Assembly (NCBI GenBank): GCA_965216755.1
Contig: CBDCGL010000011.1
Span: 160,001 to 224,000 of the forward strand
Length of the DNA stretch: 64,000 nt
Source: Alphaproteobacteria bacterium
Lineage (GTDB): Bacteria; Pseudomonadota; Alphaproteobacteria; UBA7887
Direction: 5' to 3'
This document shows, in pieces, positions 1 through 10,768 of the stretch (positions are counted from its first letter, which is position 1; each line of letters starts with the position of its first letter). Both the position numbers and the translations under genes were made by a program. The notes beneath the pieces were generated by a model that was given only the letters and a program-made list of their open reading frames with translations, was not told the origin of the DNA and searched no databases.

Positions 1-1
1 C

Positions 2-1882
2 GCCATAGCCCTGTGGCTTTTGCTTGATTGGCGTGTTGCGGTTGGCTTTTTGATTGGTGCTGTGTTGTCCGGAGCCGCGGGCTATATCGGCATGAATGTT
101 TCGGTTCGCGCCAATGTGCGCACCGCCGAAGCCGCGCGCACCAGCCTAGACGGCGCGCTTAGCATCGCGTTCCGTTCAGGCGCCGTCACCGGCTTCTTGG
201 TTGTTGGTTTAGGGCTTTTGGGTGTCGCGTTGTATTACGCGTACCTCACCACGGCGGGCGTCGAACAAAGAAAAGTATTGGAAGCTCTTGTCGCGTTAAG
301 TTTTGGTGCCTCACTGATTTCGATCTTTGCGCGCTTGGGCGGTGGCATCTTTACCAAAGGTGCCGACGTCGGCGCCGATCTGGTGGGAAAGATTGAAGCG
401 GGTATACCTGAGGACGATCCGCGCAACGCGGCGGTCATTGCTGACAATGTCGGCGACAATGTTGGTGACTGCGCGGGCATGGCTGCCGACCTGTTCGAAA
501 CGTATGCCGTAACCGTCGTCGCGACCATGCTTCTGGCAGGGATCTTCTTTGTCGGTGAAACACAAAAGGCGCTGATGGAGTACCCGTTGATGATCGGTGG
601 CGTCTGTATCATCGGATCGGTAATCAGCACGTTCTTTGTGCGGCTGGGCAGCAGCGGCAGCATTATGGGCGCGCTATATAAGGGCTTGATTGCCGCGGCG
701 GTCATTTCGGGGGTGCTGATTGCCATCGGAACATCGTTGATGGTTGGGCTCGATACGGTCCACGAGATGGGGGATCGGATGGTGACCGGCTGGCAGCTGC
801 TCATTTGTGCCGTGGTTGGTCTCGGTGTGACGGCATTGCTGGTGTGGATCACTGAGTACTACACGTCAACCGAGTATCGCCCCGTGCGAAGTGTCGCCCA
901 GTCTTCTGAGACCGGTCATGCGACGAACATCATCCAGGGCCTTGCGGTCTCCATGGAGGCGACGGTATTGCCGGTCATCGTCATTTCGGCCGGCATCATT
1001 ATCGCGTTTTATGCGGCGGGATTGTTTGGTTTGGCCGTCGCGGCCACGACGATGCTGGCGCTAGCAGGCATGGTCGTTGCTTTGGATGCCTATGGCCCGG
1101 TGACGGACAACGCCGGTGGGATAGCCGAAATGGCTGACCTTCCAGAAGACGTCCGCAAGACGACCGACGCCCTGGATGCTGTCGGCAACACAACAAAGGC
1201 GGTGACAAAGGGATACGCGATCGGATCTGCGGGTCTGGCAGCGCTGGTGCTATTTGCAGCCTATACCGAAGATTTGCATCACTATTTTCCGGATCAGGTG
1301 TTCGAATTTAGGTTGCAGGATCCGTTTGTCGTCATTGGCCTATTCATTGGTGGGTTGATGCCATATTTGTTCGGCGCGCTTGCCATGATGGCCGTGGGCC
1401 GGGCCGGCGGTGCTGTGGTGGTCGAGGTTCGCCGGCAATTTCGAGAGATCAAAGGGATCATGGAGGGGACGGCCCGCCCGGAATATGGCCGCGCGGTCGA
1501 CTTGCTCACTCGCTCGGCGATCAAAGAGATGATCATACCGTCGATGCTTCCTGTGTTCGCGCCGGTCGTACTTTATTTCGTCGTTCGCATGATCGGTGGA
1601 CACACCGCGGCCGCGACATCGCTTGGCGCTATGTTGCTCGGCACCATTGTCACCGGTATTTTCGTTGCAATTTCAATGACTTCTGGAGGTGGTGCGTGGG
1701 ATAACGCGAAGAAGTACATTGAAGACGGCAATCATGGGGGCAAGGGGTCGGAGAGCCACAAGGCCGCCGTGACCGGCGATACTGTTGGCGATCCTTACAA
1801 AGATACAGCTGGCCCCGCCATCAATCCGATGATCAAGATTACCAACATCGTGGCCTTGTTGCTTCTCGCCGTTCTCGCATAA
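2..1882 (+). CDS. hppA: Membrane-bound H+-translocating pyrophosphatase, K+-independent type (5' truncated by window edge)
   Basis: Motifs [58 protein letters not shown] has Lys at the K+-dependence position. Frame is open from base 2. Confidence 0.95.
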   Translation, partial: AIALWLLLDWRVAVGFLIGAVLSGAAGYIGMNVSVRANVRTAEAARTSLDGALSIAFRSGAVTGFLVVGLGLLGVALYYAYLTTAGVEQRKVLEALVALSFGASLISIFARLGGGIFTKGADVGADLVGKIEAGIPEDDPRNAAVIADNVGDNVGDCAGMAADLFETYAVTVVATMLLAGIFFVGETQKALMEYPLMIGGVCIIGSVISTFFVRLGSSGSIMGALYKGLIAAAVISGVLIAIGTSLMVGLDTVHEMGDRMVTGWQLLICAVVGLGVTALLVWITEYYTSTEYRPVRSVAQSSETGHATNIIQGLAVSMEATVLPVIVISAGIIIAFYAAGLFGLAVAATTMLALAGMVVALDAYGPVTDNAGGIAEMADLPEDVRKTTDALDAVGNTTKAVTKGYAIGSAGLAALVLFAAYTEDLHHYFPDQVFEFRLQDPFVVIGLFIGGLMPYLFGALAMMAVGRAGGAVVVEVRRQFREIKGIMEGTARPEYGRAVDLLTRSAIKEMIIPSMLPVFAPVVLYFVVRMIGGHTAAATSLGAMLLGTIVTGIFVAISMTSGGGAWDNAKKYIEDGNHGGKGSESHKAAVTGDTVGDPYKDTAGPAINPMIKITNIVALLLLAVLA

Positions 1883-1908
1883 ACCCGATTATCCCGGGCA
1901 ACGGTCAT

Positions 1909-1956
1909 TCCCGGACGGTGCCGTAACTCATTCGGGTGTCACGGCTCGGTCCGGGA
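1909..1956. terminator. Imperfect GC-rich hairpin between convergent hppA and bamE
   Basis: TCCCGGAC..GCCGT...ACGGC..GTCCGGGA inverted repeat; no clear U-tract. Confidence 0.4.
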
Positions 1957-2021
1957 TTGAGCAGACTGATGCGCTTGCCGATCATATAAAATCTACATGG
2001 TCGGAAGGTCCGCTAGATCAT

Positions 2022-2525
2022 CTATTTCGAGAAACGACCGACGTTTCCAAAGAGCTGTTGAATGATCGACAGCTCTTTGCCGGCGGTTGGTGTTTTTCGG
2101 TCGATTGGATCGACCCACAAACCATCCTCTAACGTGTAAGTGCTGACGTCCGCGACGATGTTTGAAGTGTCAAACGATATTGCCAAGACGCGCTGCTCAA
2201 TGATCTCCGGTTTGAAAAATGCCAAGTTTTCAGTTCGCTGTGTCACGTAATACCAAGTTTGGTCGTCAAATGTGCTCACCGCCGAAGGCGTGCCCAGGAT
2301 CTCTCGGATCTCATTCTTGTCCTGTGCGCCGGCTTCAACTTGCGATAACAGACCTGGATTGGGCATAAAGCCATGGGTATCGATCCGCGCGGCACAGGCG
2401 GTCAACGCCAGCGCTGCACAAATCGCCACCGCGGAGACGCGCAATTGAGATATCGGCCACGCGCTCGCGCTATTGGGTGAGATCACAGGAATATCCTCTC
2501 GAAACATGCTCGATTTAATGCGCAA
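2022..2525 (-). CDS. bamE: Outer membrane protein assembly factor BamE (SmpA/OmlA lipoprotein)
   Basis: Lipobox LTAC, ILGTPS..STFD..TWYY and terminal QQLFGNVGRF; conserved position beside the Cbp3-like gene. True start may be downstream. Confidence 0.88.
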   Translation of the reverse strand: MRIKSSMFREDIPVISPNSASAWPISQLRVSAVAICAALALTACAARIDTHGFMPNPGLLSQVEAGAQDKNEIREILGTPSAVSTFDDQTWYYVTQRTENLAFFKPEIIEQRVLAISFDTSNIVADVSTYTLEDGLWVDPIDRKTPTAGKELSIIQQLFGNVGRFSK

Positions 2526-2570
2526 ATATGCACCCTATATCCCCAATATGGGTGCCCTTGGCAAGTCCGG

Positions 2571-3200
2571 ATGACAGTCCGGCCTAGGCCACTCTGGAGG
2601 CGCGTCGCGAAGTTGGGCCAGGCAACCCAACTCAATAGTGCGGCGCCCGCAGTTCCGCTCAAACGCAAGGCTGACGTTCTTTATTGCGAGGCTGTACGCC
2701 AAGCGCGATCAGAGGTTTTCTATCAAGCCGGCTACGTACCCGACACGGTCGACGGTCGCTTTGATATGATTGTCTTGCATGTTTTCTTGATTCTGTGGCG
2801 TTTACGCGGCGCAGCCGAGGATGGACCAGAGCTCGGTCAAGCCGTCTTCGATGTCATGTTTGACGACATGGATCGTAGTCTGCGCGAAATGGGTGTTGGC
2901 GACCTTGGCGTTGGCCGTCGGGTCAAGACCATGGCACAGGGTTTCTTTGGGCGCGTCGAGGCATACGACAGCGCGCTTGCGGACAACGACATCGTGCGAT
3001 TGCAGGCTGCATTAGGACGCAACCTCTACCGCGGTGCGAATGTGCCCGAGCATGCTGTGGCGGACCTTGCGGCTTATGCCATGAATGCCGCCCGATTTTT
3101 GTCAGAGATGCCCGACTCGACCCTGTTCGCGGCGCAAATCGGGTGGCCCGATCCCCGCTTTACGGGTGCGACAAATTCAAAGCGTGATTCCCACGCATGA
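2571..3200 (+). CDS. Ubiquinol-cytochrome c chaperone (Cbp3/UQCC1 family)
   Basis: VPDTVDGRFDMIVLH and DMDRSLREMGVGDLGVGRRVK family motifs. Confidence 0.88.
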   Translation: MTVRPRPLWRRVAKLGQATQLNSAAPAVPLKRKADVLYCEAVRQARSEVFYQAGYVPDTVDGRFDMIVLHVFLILWRLRGAAEDGPELGQAVFDVMFDDMDRSLREMGVGDLGVGRRVKTMAQGFFGRVEAYDSALADNDIVRLQAALGRNLYRGANVPEHAVADLAAYAMNAARFLSEMPDSTLFAAQIGWPDPRFTGATNSKRDSHA

Positions 3201-3745
3201 ACCCTGACCAACCTTTCAGTTACCAGGTCGATGTGCGGAGTTTGCCAACCGGCGGAATGACTGTTGATCTGAAAGCCGATTTCGAGACACTGTGCCGTTT
3301 GGCCAAAATGTTGGGGGTTTCTAATCTCAAGGATCTCCACGCCCACGCCACGATCAAGCGCGTTATGCCCACCCAGATGGAGCGCTATCGGGTCCATGGC
3401 CACTTTCAGGCAACGGTCGAACAACCTTGCGTCGTCACGCTGGAACCCGTCGTTCAAGAAATTCGCGAGTACTTCTCGGTTGATTTCGAAAGGGAGTCGG
3501 TGACAGAGCCGGCGGTGGAATTTTCAGTCGACCAGTATGATCCGCCCGATCCAATGCTTGGCGACATGATCGATGTCGGGGCCCTCGTGGTTGAGCACCT
3601 TACCCTAGGGATCGACAGATATCCTCGTATCGCTGGGGCCGAGGTAGAGCCCGACGTCGGTCCGCCCGATGACTTGGACGAGGGACCGTTCGCCATATTA
3701 AAGTCACTGGAAAATAAGAAGAATCGTTGTGATGGTGCACCTTGA
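3197..3745 (+). CDS. yceD: YceD/DUF177 family protein
   Basis: QPCVVTLEPV, IDVGALVVEHLTLGIDRYPR, GPFAILKSL; directly upstream of rpmF. Confidence 0.85.
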   Translation: MNPDQPFSYQVDVRSLPTGGMTVDLKADFETLCRLAKMLGVSNLKDLHAHATIKRVMPTQMERYRVHGHFQATVEQPCVVTLEPVVQEIREYFSVDFERESVTEPAVEFSVDQYDPPDPMLGDMIDVGALVVEHLTLGIDRYPRIAGAEVEPDVGPPDDLDEGPFAILKSLENKKNRCDGAP

Positions 3746-3843
3746 TCACGCCAAGATTTCCGGCCGACTTGTGGGCCCCCTTGCTTCGGTGGGAATAATT
3801 CATTACTAACGGCAGCCGCGCTGCCGAGGACGAGGAGCATCTC

Positions 3844-4026
3844 ATGGCCGTTCCAAAGAAAAAAGTGACGCGCGCGCGACGCGATAAGCGTCGATCACAC
3901 CACCGTTTGCGCTTGGTTGGCATGGTTGAATGCCAGAGTTGCGGCGAGCCAAAACTTCCGCATCACATTTGTGCGCATTGTGGCCAATATAATGGACGCG
4001 AGGTGGTCGAGGACGCCGGAAGCTAG
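3844..4026 (+). CDS. rpmF: 50S ribosomal protein L32 (Zn-ribbon, C+ form)
   Basis: [19 protein letters not shown]...[25 protein letters not shown]; GAGGAG RBS upstream. Confidence 0.97.
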   Translation: MAVPKKKVTRARRDKRRSHHRLRLVGMVECQSCGEPKLPHHICAHCGQYNGREVVEDAGS

Positions 4027-4168
4027 GGCACGATGCTCATCGGCACTCGCGTGTCATGCTCGGCCCCTATTCGCCGTGATCAACAAGGGCCCAGTCTGTT
4101 GATCATGTTGGGGCAGAAACCGATCACAAGGTGACACGTGCCGACGGCGCCCGGACTGTTGCGCAGCC

Positions 4169-5221
4169 ATGCGTGACCCCTTAACCATTGCCGTCGACGC
4201 CATGGGTGGCGATCAGGCGCCGCGGGCGGTCGTCGCGGGCGCAAATCAGGCACGCAAGCGCCACCCTGATTGCCGGTTCAATTTCTTTGGCGACGAAACT
4301 CAGGTTGGACCCCTGATCAATCGGTTTCCGGACTTGGCCGCGGTCGCCGAGATTATCCATACCGACGATCATGTGGCGGCGGATGATAAACCGTCTTTTG
4401 CGCTCAGGCGTCGGCCGCGCAGCAGTATGCGCGTCGCCATTGACGCGGTCGCCGACGGTCGTGCGGCGGCGATGGTTTCCGCCGGCAATACGGGCGCCTT
4501 GATGGCAATTTCGAAAGTCGTCCTGAAGACTTTGCCCGGGATTGGTCGTCCGGCCATTGCCGGCTTGATGCCGACGCGACGTGGCGAGTGCGTATTTCTT
4601 GATTTGGGTGCCAATCTGGAATGCAGCACGGACAATCTGGTCGATTTTGCGATCATGGGCGCCCTTTTTGGGCGAACCATGCTCGGAATTGAGCGTCCGC
4701 GCGTTGGGCTCCTCAATGTCGGCGAAGAAGATCTCAAGGGCCATGAGGAGATCCGCGAAGCGGGCGCCATACTTCGCGACACGCCGCTACCTTTTGAGTT
4801 CCATGGTTTTGTCGAAGGCGGCGACCTGCTTGATGGTACGACCGACGTCGTCGTGACCGACGGTTTCACGGGCAATGTCGCATTGAAGACGGCGGAGGGC
4901 GTTTCCAAGCTCTATTCGGAGTTCTTGCGGCGTGCACTGCGTGAAACGTTGTTTGGACGAATCGGGTTCTTTTTTGCGCGATCCGCGTTTCGCTCTCTGC
5001 GCGAACGTGTCGATCCACGTCGCCACAACGGTGCGCTGTTCGTTGGTTTGAATGGTATTGTTGTCAAAAGTCACGGTGGGACAGACGCTTTGGGGTTTGC
5101 CAATGCGATTGATGTGGCAATTGAAAGTATCAACGAAGATTTTAACAGTAAGATCATAGATGAACTCAAAAAACTCGATCGAGATGGTCAGCAGAGACGG
5201 CGAAACTCCATTGAGATGTAG
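4169..5221 (+). CDS. plsX: Phosphate acyltransferase PlsX
   Basis: IAVDAMGGD, VSAGNTGALM, LDLGAN, DVVVTDGFTGNVALK, VVKSHG. Confidence 0.96.
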   Translation: MRDPLTIAVDAMGGDQAPRAVVAGANQARKRHPDCRFNFFGDETQVGPLINRFPDLAAVAEIIHTDDHVAADDKPSFALRRRPRSSMRVAIDAVADGRAAAMVSAGNTGALMAISKVVLKTLPGIGRPAIAGLMPTRRGECVFLDLGANLECSTDNLVDFAIMGALFGRTMLGIERPRVGLLNVGEEDLKGHEEIREAGAILRDTPLPFEFHGFVEGGDLLDGTTDVVVTDGFTGNVALKTAEGVSKLYSEFLRRALRETLFGRIGFFFARSAFRSLRERVDPRRHNGALFVGLNGIVVKSHGGTDALGFANAIDVAIESINEDFNSKIIDELKKLDRDGQQRRRNSIEM

Positions 5222-5311
5222 CGATTTACTTGGAAATTCATGCGCCATGACCATATTTTCTTCGGATTTGTCTAGCCGCCTTCACCAGTGATCAATGTCA
5301 TCCCTTTGATA

Positions 5312-5340
5312 TTGACGGAATTTCTGGCCGACGTTACAGT
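5312..5340 (+). promoter_or_regulatory. Putative sigma70 promoter for ihfA
   Basis: TTGACG-N17-TACAGT, 25 nt upstream of the ihfA start; GGAG RBS follows. Confidence 0.55.
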
Positions 5341-5365
5341 TTTTTTCTGAACGGGCGGAGAGGGT

Positions 5366-5701
5366 GTGACCATGGTGAGGCGAACAGTGACCCGCGCCCA
5401 GCTGACTGAAGCGGTTTATCAGGAAGTTGGATTGTCGCGGGATGAATCGGCGCACCTGGTGGCGTCGGTTCTAAACAAGATCTCCGATAGCTTGTCGCAC
5501 GGGGATCCGGTGAAGATCTCGTCGTTCGGCAGTTTTTCCGTGCGGCAGAAAGCGCAACGGATTGGGCGGAATCCCAAGACTGGTGAAGAAGTGCCGATAT
5601 TGCCCCGTCGCGTGGTTGTTTTTCGAGCCTCTCACGTGTTGAAAGACCGAGTTAATGCAGCGATGTCGGAAAGTGGATCGGATTTCGATTTCGATGAGTG
5701 A
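5366..5701 (+). CDS. ihfA: Integration host factor subunit alpha
   Basis: [51 protein letters not shown]. Confidence 0.95.
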   Translation: MTMVRRTVTRAQLTEAVYQEVGLSRDESAHLVASVLNKISDSLSHGDPVKISSFGSFSVRQKAQRIGRNPKTGEEVPILPRRVVVFRASHVLKDRVNAAMSESGSDFDFDE

Positions 5702-5751
5702 TTGCGCAGAACGAGAATGCGACCGCCGTGGTGTAAAACCGGCCGATTTCC

Positions 5752-6303
5752 ATGAGTGATCCCGACGGGAATCTGCAACCGGCGCGGCGCGGCGATCGGG
5801 TGCGCAAATCGGCGTCGGCGTTTCGCACAATTAGTGAAGTTAGCGACGAACTCGATGTGCCGCAGCATGTCCTGCGATTCTGGGAAACAAAATTTTCACA
5901 GATCCGACCAATGAAACGTGGCGGTGGTCGCCGCTACTATCGTCCGGAAGACATCACACTGCTGCGTGGCATCCGTGAGCTGCTTTACGCCGATGGCTAC
6001 ACCATCAAAGGTGTCCAAAAACTACTGCGTCAGCACGGCGTGCGACTACTGTCAGCACGCGCGCGTGGTGACATGGCATCGCCGCTGCCATCGGCGGGTA
6101 CAGCCGTCGGCATCACGCCACCGGAACCGTCTGTGCCACATGCGGAGTCGGCGACCGAACCCGCGAACATGTCGGGTGGTGGGTCAAAGTCAGCAGCCCA
6201 GCCGGCGGCCAGCGCCAGCTTAGACAAGGTGCAGCGCGACGCATTGCGCGCGGTTCTCATCGAACTGGAGGAAATGCGCGCGCTCCTCAAAGCGGCGTCA
6301 TGA
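5752..6303 (+). CDS. MerR-family transcriptional regulator (ihfA-linked)
   Basis: [30 protein letters not shown]...[11 protein letters not shown]...GYTIKGVQ; conserved ihfA-merR-tRNA-Pro order. Confidence 0.92.
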   Translation: MSDPDGNLQPARRGDRVRKSASAFRTISEVSDELDVPQHVLRFWETKFSQIRPMKRGGGRRYYRPEDITLLRGIRELLYADGYTIKGVQKLLRQHGVRLLSARARGDMASPLPSAGTAVGITPPEPSVPHAESATEPANMSGGGSKSAAQPAASASLDKVQRDALRAVLIELEEMRALLKAAS

Positions 6304-6420
6304 ATACTCTTATGACCGCACCTCCGTGTTGGGCGATGTCCTCGGTCGTGACGTCGGGCCGGCGTTGCGTCGTGCATGCCCCACCTCTATAGTCCGCGGC
6401 GGCGCACACATATCGCGCGT

Positions 6421-6498
6421 CGGAGCGTGGCGCAGCCTGGTTAGCGCACTTGTCTGGGGGACAAGGGGTCGGCGGTTCAAATCCGCCCGCTCCGACCA
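6421..6498 (+). tRNA. tRNA-Pro(GGG)
   Basis: CGGAGCG acceptor stem pairs with CGCTCCG; anticodon arm CTTGT-CTGGGGG-ACAAG; T-loop GGTTCAAATCC; encoded CCA. Confidence 0.96.
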
Positions 6499-6507
6499 CT
6501 TATTCTG

Positions 6508-7810
6508 GGTCCAGCCCGGAGACATAGGTAACAGTTTGTACCTAGGACATGGGTGACAACCACGCGCCGAACGGGTTGTCGAGGGGTTGCAGGGTTCTCT
6601 GTTCAAGATCGACGTAACCGAGATCATAGTGCATGAAGCTGACGAGCCAAATGGCGTCGTCAACTTCCTTGATGCCGAGCCTTTGCCCCGCGAGCACGGT
6701 TGAGACATTGATTTTTTTGCGGTGCAAGCAGATGCGGCCGCAATTGGTAACCAGGATGTCGCGATCGTGAAAGGGGTAGGCGAGCTCTGGGACGCCGGTA
6801 TAGGGCCGGGTTGAGGGTTTGTAGACCTCGTCTGGTGGTTTCATGTCCAGGGCCTGGTGGGGTCGTTCCGTGTTGAATTCGTCAACGAAGGCATCGAAGC
6901 GTGCTTGCTGCTGCAGGCTGTTCATGCCGGGCGGCCGTGTGGCTTCCTTTTTCAAAGTAAGGTGGAGGCGCTCGTGTCGGCCATTTTCTTGGGGATGGCC
7001 TGGTTTGATGCGCTCGATCTGAATGCCGAGGCGTAGCCACCAGACGGAGAGCTTGGAGAGATTGAACAAGCCGTTGGGGCTGGCGAAGGGTACGCCATTG
7101 TCCGATCTGATGGCGGCGGGCAGGCCACGTTCAGCAAACAGGCGTTCGAAGGCGGTGAGAGTGAGATCTTGCTTTGTCGACTCGAGAGCTTCGCACATCA
7201 GGACGAAGCGCGAGGCATGGTCGGTAACGGTCAAGGGGTAACAATACCGCCGGTTGCCGAGTCTGAACTCGCCTTTGAAGTCGGTGCACCACAAATCATT
7301 GGGTGCGGTGCCAGCGGACAGGGGTGTGCCTTTGGCTCTTCGGCGGGGCCGGCCTTTGCGTTTGACCAGGCCGTGCCGGTCGAGGACGGCATGAACGGTA
7401 CTTTGGGCTGGGATGCGGACATCCCCGGCCAGGCGGCGGACGAGCAGCTCACGGATCTTGCGTGCGCCCCAATGGGGTTTCTCCTTTTTGAAGCGGATGA
7501 TCAGGCTTTCGACCTGTGCCGGCAATTGGTTGGCATAGCGAACCGGCCGGCGGGAGCGGTCGCAGAGGGCTTCGAGCCCGTGCTCCTTGTAGCGATTGTA
7601 GATTTTGTAGCCTGTCTTGCGCGAGATACCGAACTGACGGCAGACATCGCTCATTGGCTCGCCCTCTAACAGGCGGGCGACAAAACGTAGACGTTCTTCC
7701 ATGACCGAACTCTCTTTCCACGGCATCAACACCTCCGGCCCCACGAATTCGGCCAAAAGTGTTACCCATGTGTCCGGTACAAAACGTCACCTATCTCTCA
7801 GGTCGGTCAC
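6508..7810 (-). mobile_element. IS481-family insertion sequence inserted just 3' of tRNA-Pro
   Basis: Imperfect terminal IRs GTCCAGCCCGGAGACATAGGTAAC / TGACCGACCTGAGAGATAGGTGAC, each with a second internal ATGGGT(G/A)AC repeat. Exact ends uncertain by a few bp. Confidence 0.85.
6542..7726 (-). CDS. IS481-family DDE transposase
   Basis: MPWKESSVMEERLRFV HTH; WCTDFKG, IRSDNG, ENGRHERLHLTLK (DDE); intact ORF of ~394 aa. Confidence 0.93.
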   Translation of the reverse strand: MPWKESSVMEERLRFVARLLEGEPMSDVCRQFGISRKTGYKIYNRYKEHGLEALCDRSRRPVRYANQLPAQVESLIIRFKKEKPHWGARKIRELLVRRLAGDVRIPAQSTVHAVLDRHGLVKRKGRPRRRAKGTPLSAGTAPNDLWCTDFKGEFRLGNRRYCYPLTVTDHASRFVLMCEALESTKQDLTLTAFERLFAERGLPAAIRSDNGVPFASPNGLFNLSKLSVWWLRLGIQIERIKPGHPQENGRHERLHLTLKKEATRPPGMNSLQQQARFDAFVDEFNTERPHQALDMKPPDEVYKPSTRPYTGVPELAYPFHDRDILVTNCGRICLHRKKINVSTVLAGQRLGIKEVDDAIWLVSFMHYDLGYVDLEQRTLQPLDNPFGAWLSPMS

Positions 7811-7847
7811 GAATAACTTAATTGAATTGCATACTCGATAACCCGAT

Positions 7848-7881
7848 GGAATCCTTGAGGATAGGTGACGTATAGGTGACG
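7848..7881. repeat. Orphan IS481-like terminal repeat (tandem ATAGGTGACG)
   Basis: TGGAATCCTTGAGGATAGGTGACGTATAGGTGACG carries the same ATAGGTGAC unit as the adjacent IS481 IRs. Confidence 0.4.
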
Positions 7882-8320
7882 AACGTCATTGTGGCTTGGT
7901 CGAGCGACTGCACATGAGCCTGTGAGGCCTGACCCCTCAATTCTTCCGCATCGCGGACGCGGGCAAGAGACTGCCGACGGGTGCCAAAGCCAATTGTGAC
8001 AGCAATTCGGGACTCTGATCCGCCGGCCCAATCACGGCTTAGGTTTTGCAGCTTATCCAAGCGCTGCAGGGCGGGAGCGACAGGCGGAGTCCGCTTTCCC
8101 ACGTTTCGTCGGCTCGACTCCCGTTAGCTGACCCAAATCGTTGGTTCCGGCTTCGCGCGTAGATGACCCAAACGCGACATTGTCGAATAGCTTGGAAGAT
8201 GGCCGTCGCTACCGCTCAAGAGCGTCTGTCACGGCACGTCAGGAGCCTGAAGCCGGAGACGGTGATGGCGCTGACCTAAGAGCGCGGCCATTAGAAATTG
8301 TCACGGGTAATTCGTTTCGC

Positions 8321-10768
8321 TCAGCTTTTCACCCGCTCGTGAGTCGCATCGTAGAATGGCCGACTGCTCGCCTTCGCAGAGAACTGGTCGCCGCCGAGTT
8401 CGATCGTGTAGGACGCGTCCTCGAACCAGGCCCTGTCGGCGCCGGCGGGCGTACGGACATATCCCATTCCGACTGACCGGCCGAGCGAGTATCCGAAGGA
8501 TCCGGATGTCGTCATGCCAACCAATTCGCCGTTCCTGAAGATCGGTTCGTCGTGCAACAATATGGGGTCGGGATCGTTCATCAGAAAATGCATCAGCCGC
8601 CGGGTTGGTCCTGCTTTTTTCAATCGTTCGAGGGCCTCACGTCCGATGAAATCGATTTTTTTCTTGAACGAGACCGCGAATCCGAGGCCCGCCTCCAGCG
8701 GCGTGTCGGCGGGAGTAATATCGTGACCCCAGTGGCGATAGCCCTTTTCGCTGCGCAGTGAATCGAGTGCATGGTAACCGGCGAGGCGGAGCCCATGCTG
8801 CGCGCCCTCGCGCATCAGAAGATCGAAAACCGGGCCGGTGAATTCGGTCTGCAGATATAGTTCCCAGCCCAGCTCGCCAACATAGGTGATGCGCAATGCG
8901 TGAGCCTTGGCGTAACCGATCTCGATTTCCCGGCACGTCCCAAACGGAAAAGCGTGGTTCGAGAAATCAGTGTCCGACAAACGCGACAAGAGTTGTCGCG
9001 CGTTCGGGCCCATTACCGAAAGCACGCCGTACCCGGAAGTAACATCTTCCATGCTAACTACCGCGCCGTCATCGAGATGGCGCCGGATCCAGTTGAAATC
9101 GCGCGCTTGCGAGGCTGCCGCAGTGACCACGAAATATCTGTCCTCGGCCAACCGCGTCACTGTCAGGTCGGCCTCGATGCCGCCACGATGATTGAGAAAC
9201 TGGGTATACACGACCTTGCCGATCGGCACCGCCACGTCGGCGGCGCAGATCCGTTGCAGCTGGCCCTCCGCGTCGCGCCCCTGAACGACCGCCTTGCCAA
9301 ACGACGACAAGTCGAACAGGCCGACCCGCTCGCGAACTGCCATATGTTCCGCGCCGACAGCGTCGAACCAGTTTTGGCGGCCGTAGGAATACTCATAATC
9401 GGCCTTGGTGCCAGCCGGCGCGTACCAATTGGCCCGTTCCCAACCCGCAGCCTCGCCGAAACAGGCATTGTACCGGGCGAGCCGGTCGTGCAGCGGTGTC
9501 TCGCGCACAGGACGAGCAGTCTTTACCTGCAAATGCGGCCAGTGCATGGCGTAGAGCAGGCCTAGGCTTTCCCGCGTGCGGTCGTGCAGATAGCGTCGGT
9601 TGACCTGGAAACGTTGGAATCGTGCGATATCGATTTCAGACAGGTCCAGTGTCGGGTGCCCCGCAACGATCCATTCAGCGAGCGCGCGGCCAACGCCCGC
9701 ACCGCTCAGAATGCCCTGCGAGTTGAAGCCGGCGCCGACAAAGAAATTCCGTAGCTCTGGCGCCTCGCCAACAATGAAGCGATTGTCCGGCGTGAAGCTT
9801 TCGGGACCGTTCATAAAATGCCGGATGCCGAGTCTTTCGAGCAACGGAATCATTTCCATCGCCCGGGTTAGGGGCGGTTCGAATTGGTCCCAATCCTCTT
9901 GAAGTTCGCCAAACTCAAACTTTTCGGGCAACGCGCTCAAGGGCAACGGCTTGGCGTCGGGCTCGAACGCGCCAACCAGCAATTTGCCGGCATCTTCCTT
10001 GACATACACCGTGCCATCAGTGTCGCGCAGAACCGGCAGATCGGACGGTATTTCGGGATCGGGCTCGGTCGTGACATACATGTGCTCGGCAGCGTAGAGC
10101 GGCACGTTCACGCCGGCCGTGGCACCAATTTCGCGCGACCAGATGCCGGCGCAGTTGACCGCAAATTCGCAGGCGACGGTTCCGTGATCGGTTTCGACGG
10201 CGGTCACCGCACCGTCGGCGGTTTGGAAGCCGATGACACGCACGCCTTCAACGATGCGCACGCCGGACTGGCGCGCGCCCTTGGCGAGCGCCATGGCCGT
10301 GTCGATCGGATTGGTCTGCCCATCGCCCGGAATAAAGCCGCCGCCAAGAATTTTGCTTTCGTCGAGCAGTGGATAAAGCGACTTGGCCTCGGCGGCGTCG
10401 ACCATGCGCGCTTCGACACCGAATACCTTACCGAGCGTAATCATCCGTGCGACTTCAGTTAAGCGTCCCGGCGTGCGCGCGATTTGCAGTGATCCATTTT
10501 GCTTGAAGCCCGTCTCTTGCCCTGTTTCGTCCTTCAACGCCGCATACAGGACCGGACCGTAGCGGCAAAGTTCCGTCATGGTGTGGGTGGCGCGGAGCTG
10601 CGTGACCAGACCGGCGGCGTGCCAAGTGGTTCCGCAAGTCAGTTTTCCGCGTTCGACAACGGTAACGTCACTCCAACCCAATTTGGCGAGATGATAAGCA
10701 ATCGAACAGCCGATAATGCCGCCGCCGACAATCACGACCCGAGACTGGGTGGGAAATGGTTCGGCCAC
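8321..10768 (-). CDS. GcvT-family FAD-dependent oxidoreductase (sarcosine/dimethylglycine dehydrogenase-like)
   Basis: GGGIIG FAD motif, GTTWHAAGL covalent-FAD motif, NGPESFTPD, GWERANWY, RITYVGELGWELY, SLRSEKGYRHWG folate-binding domain. Confidence 0.9.
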   Translation of the reverse strand: MAEPFPTQSRVVIVGGGIIGCSIAYHLAKLGWSDVTVVERGKLTCGTTWHAAGLVTQLRATHTMTELCRYGPVLYAALKDETGQETGFKQNGSLQIARTPGRLTEVARMITLGKVFGVEARMVDAAEAKSLYPLLDESKILGGGFIPGDGQTNPIDTAMALAKGARQSGVRIVEGVRVIGFQTADGAVTAVETDHGTVACEFAVNCAGIWSREIGATAGVNVPLYAAEHMYVTTEPDPEIPSDLPVLRDTDGTVYVKEDAGKLLVGAFEPDAKPLPLSALPEKFEFGELQEDWDQFEPPLTRAMEMIPLLERLGIRHFMNGPESFTPDNRFIVGEAPELRNFFVGAGFNSQGILSGAGVGRALAEWIVAGHPTLDLSEIDIARFQRFQVNRRYLHDRTRESLGLLYAMHWPHLQVKTARPVRETPLHDRLARYNACFGEAAGWERANWYAPAGTKADYEYSYGRQNWFDAVGAEHMAVRERVGLFDLSSFGKAVVQGRDAEGQLQRICAADVAVPIGKVVYTQFLNHRGGIEADLTVTRLAEDRYFVVTAAASQARDFNWIRRHLDDGAVVSMEDVTSGYGVLSVMGPNARQLLSRLSDTDFSNHAFPFGTCREIEIGYAKAHALRITYVGELGWELYLQTEFTGPVFDLLMREGAQHGLRLAGYHALDSLRSEKGYRHWGHDITPADTPLEAGLGFAVSFKKKIDFIGREALERLKKAGPTRRLMHFLMNDPDPILLHDEPIFRNGELVGMTTSGSFGYSLGRSVGMGYVRTPAGADRAWFEDASYTIELGGDQFSAKASSRPFYDATHERVKS

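Noticed and set aside
6287-6708. ORFs overlapping tRNA-Pro and the IS481 end
   Set aside because: MVGAGGFEPPTPCPPDKCA is the typical antisense translation of a tRNA; not a gene.
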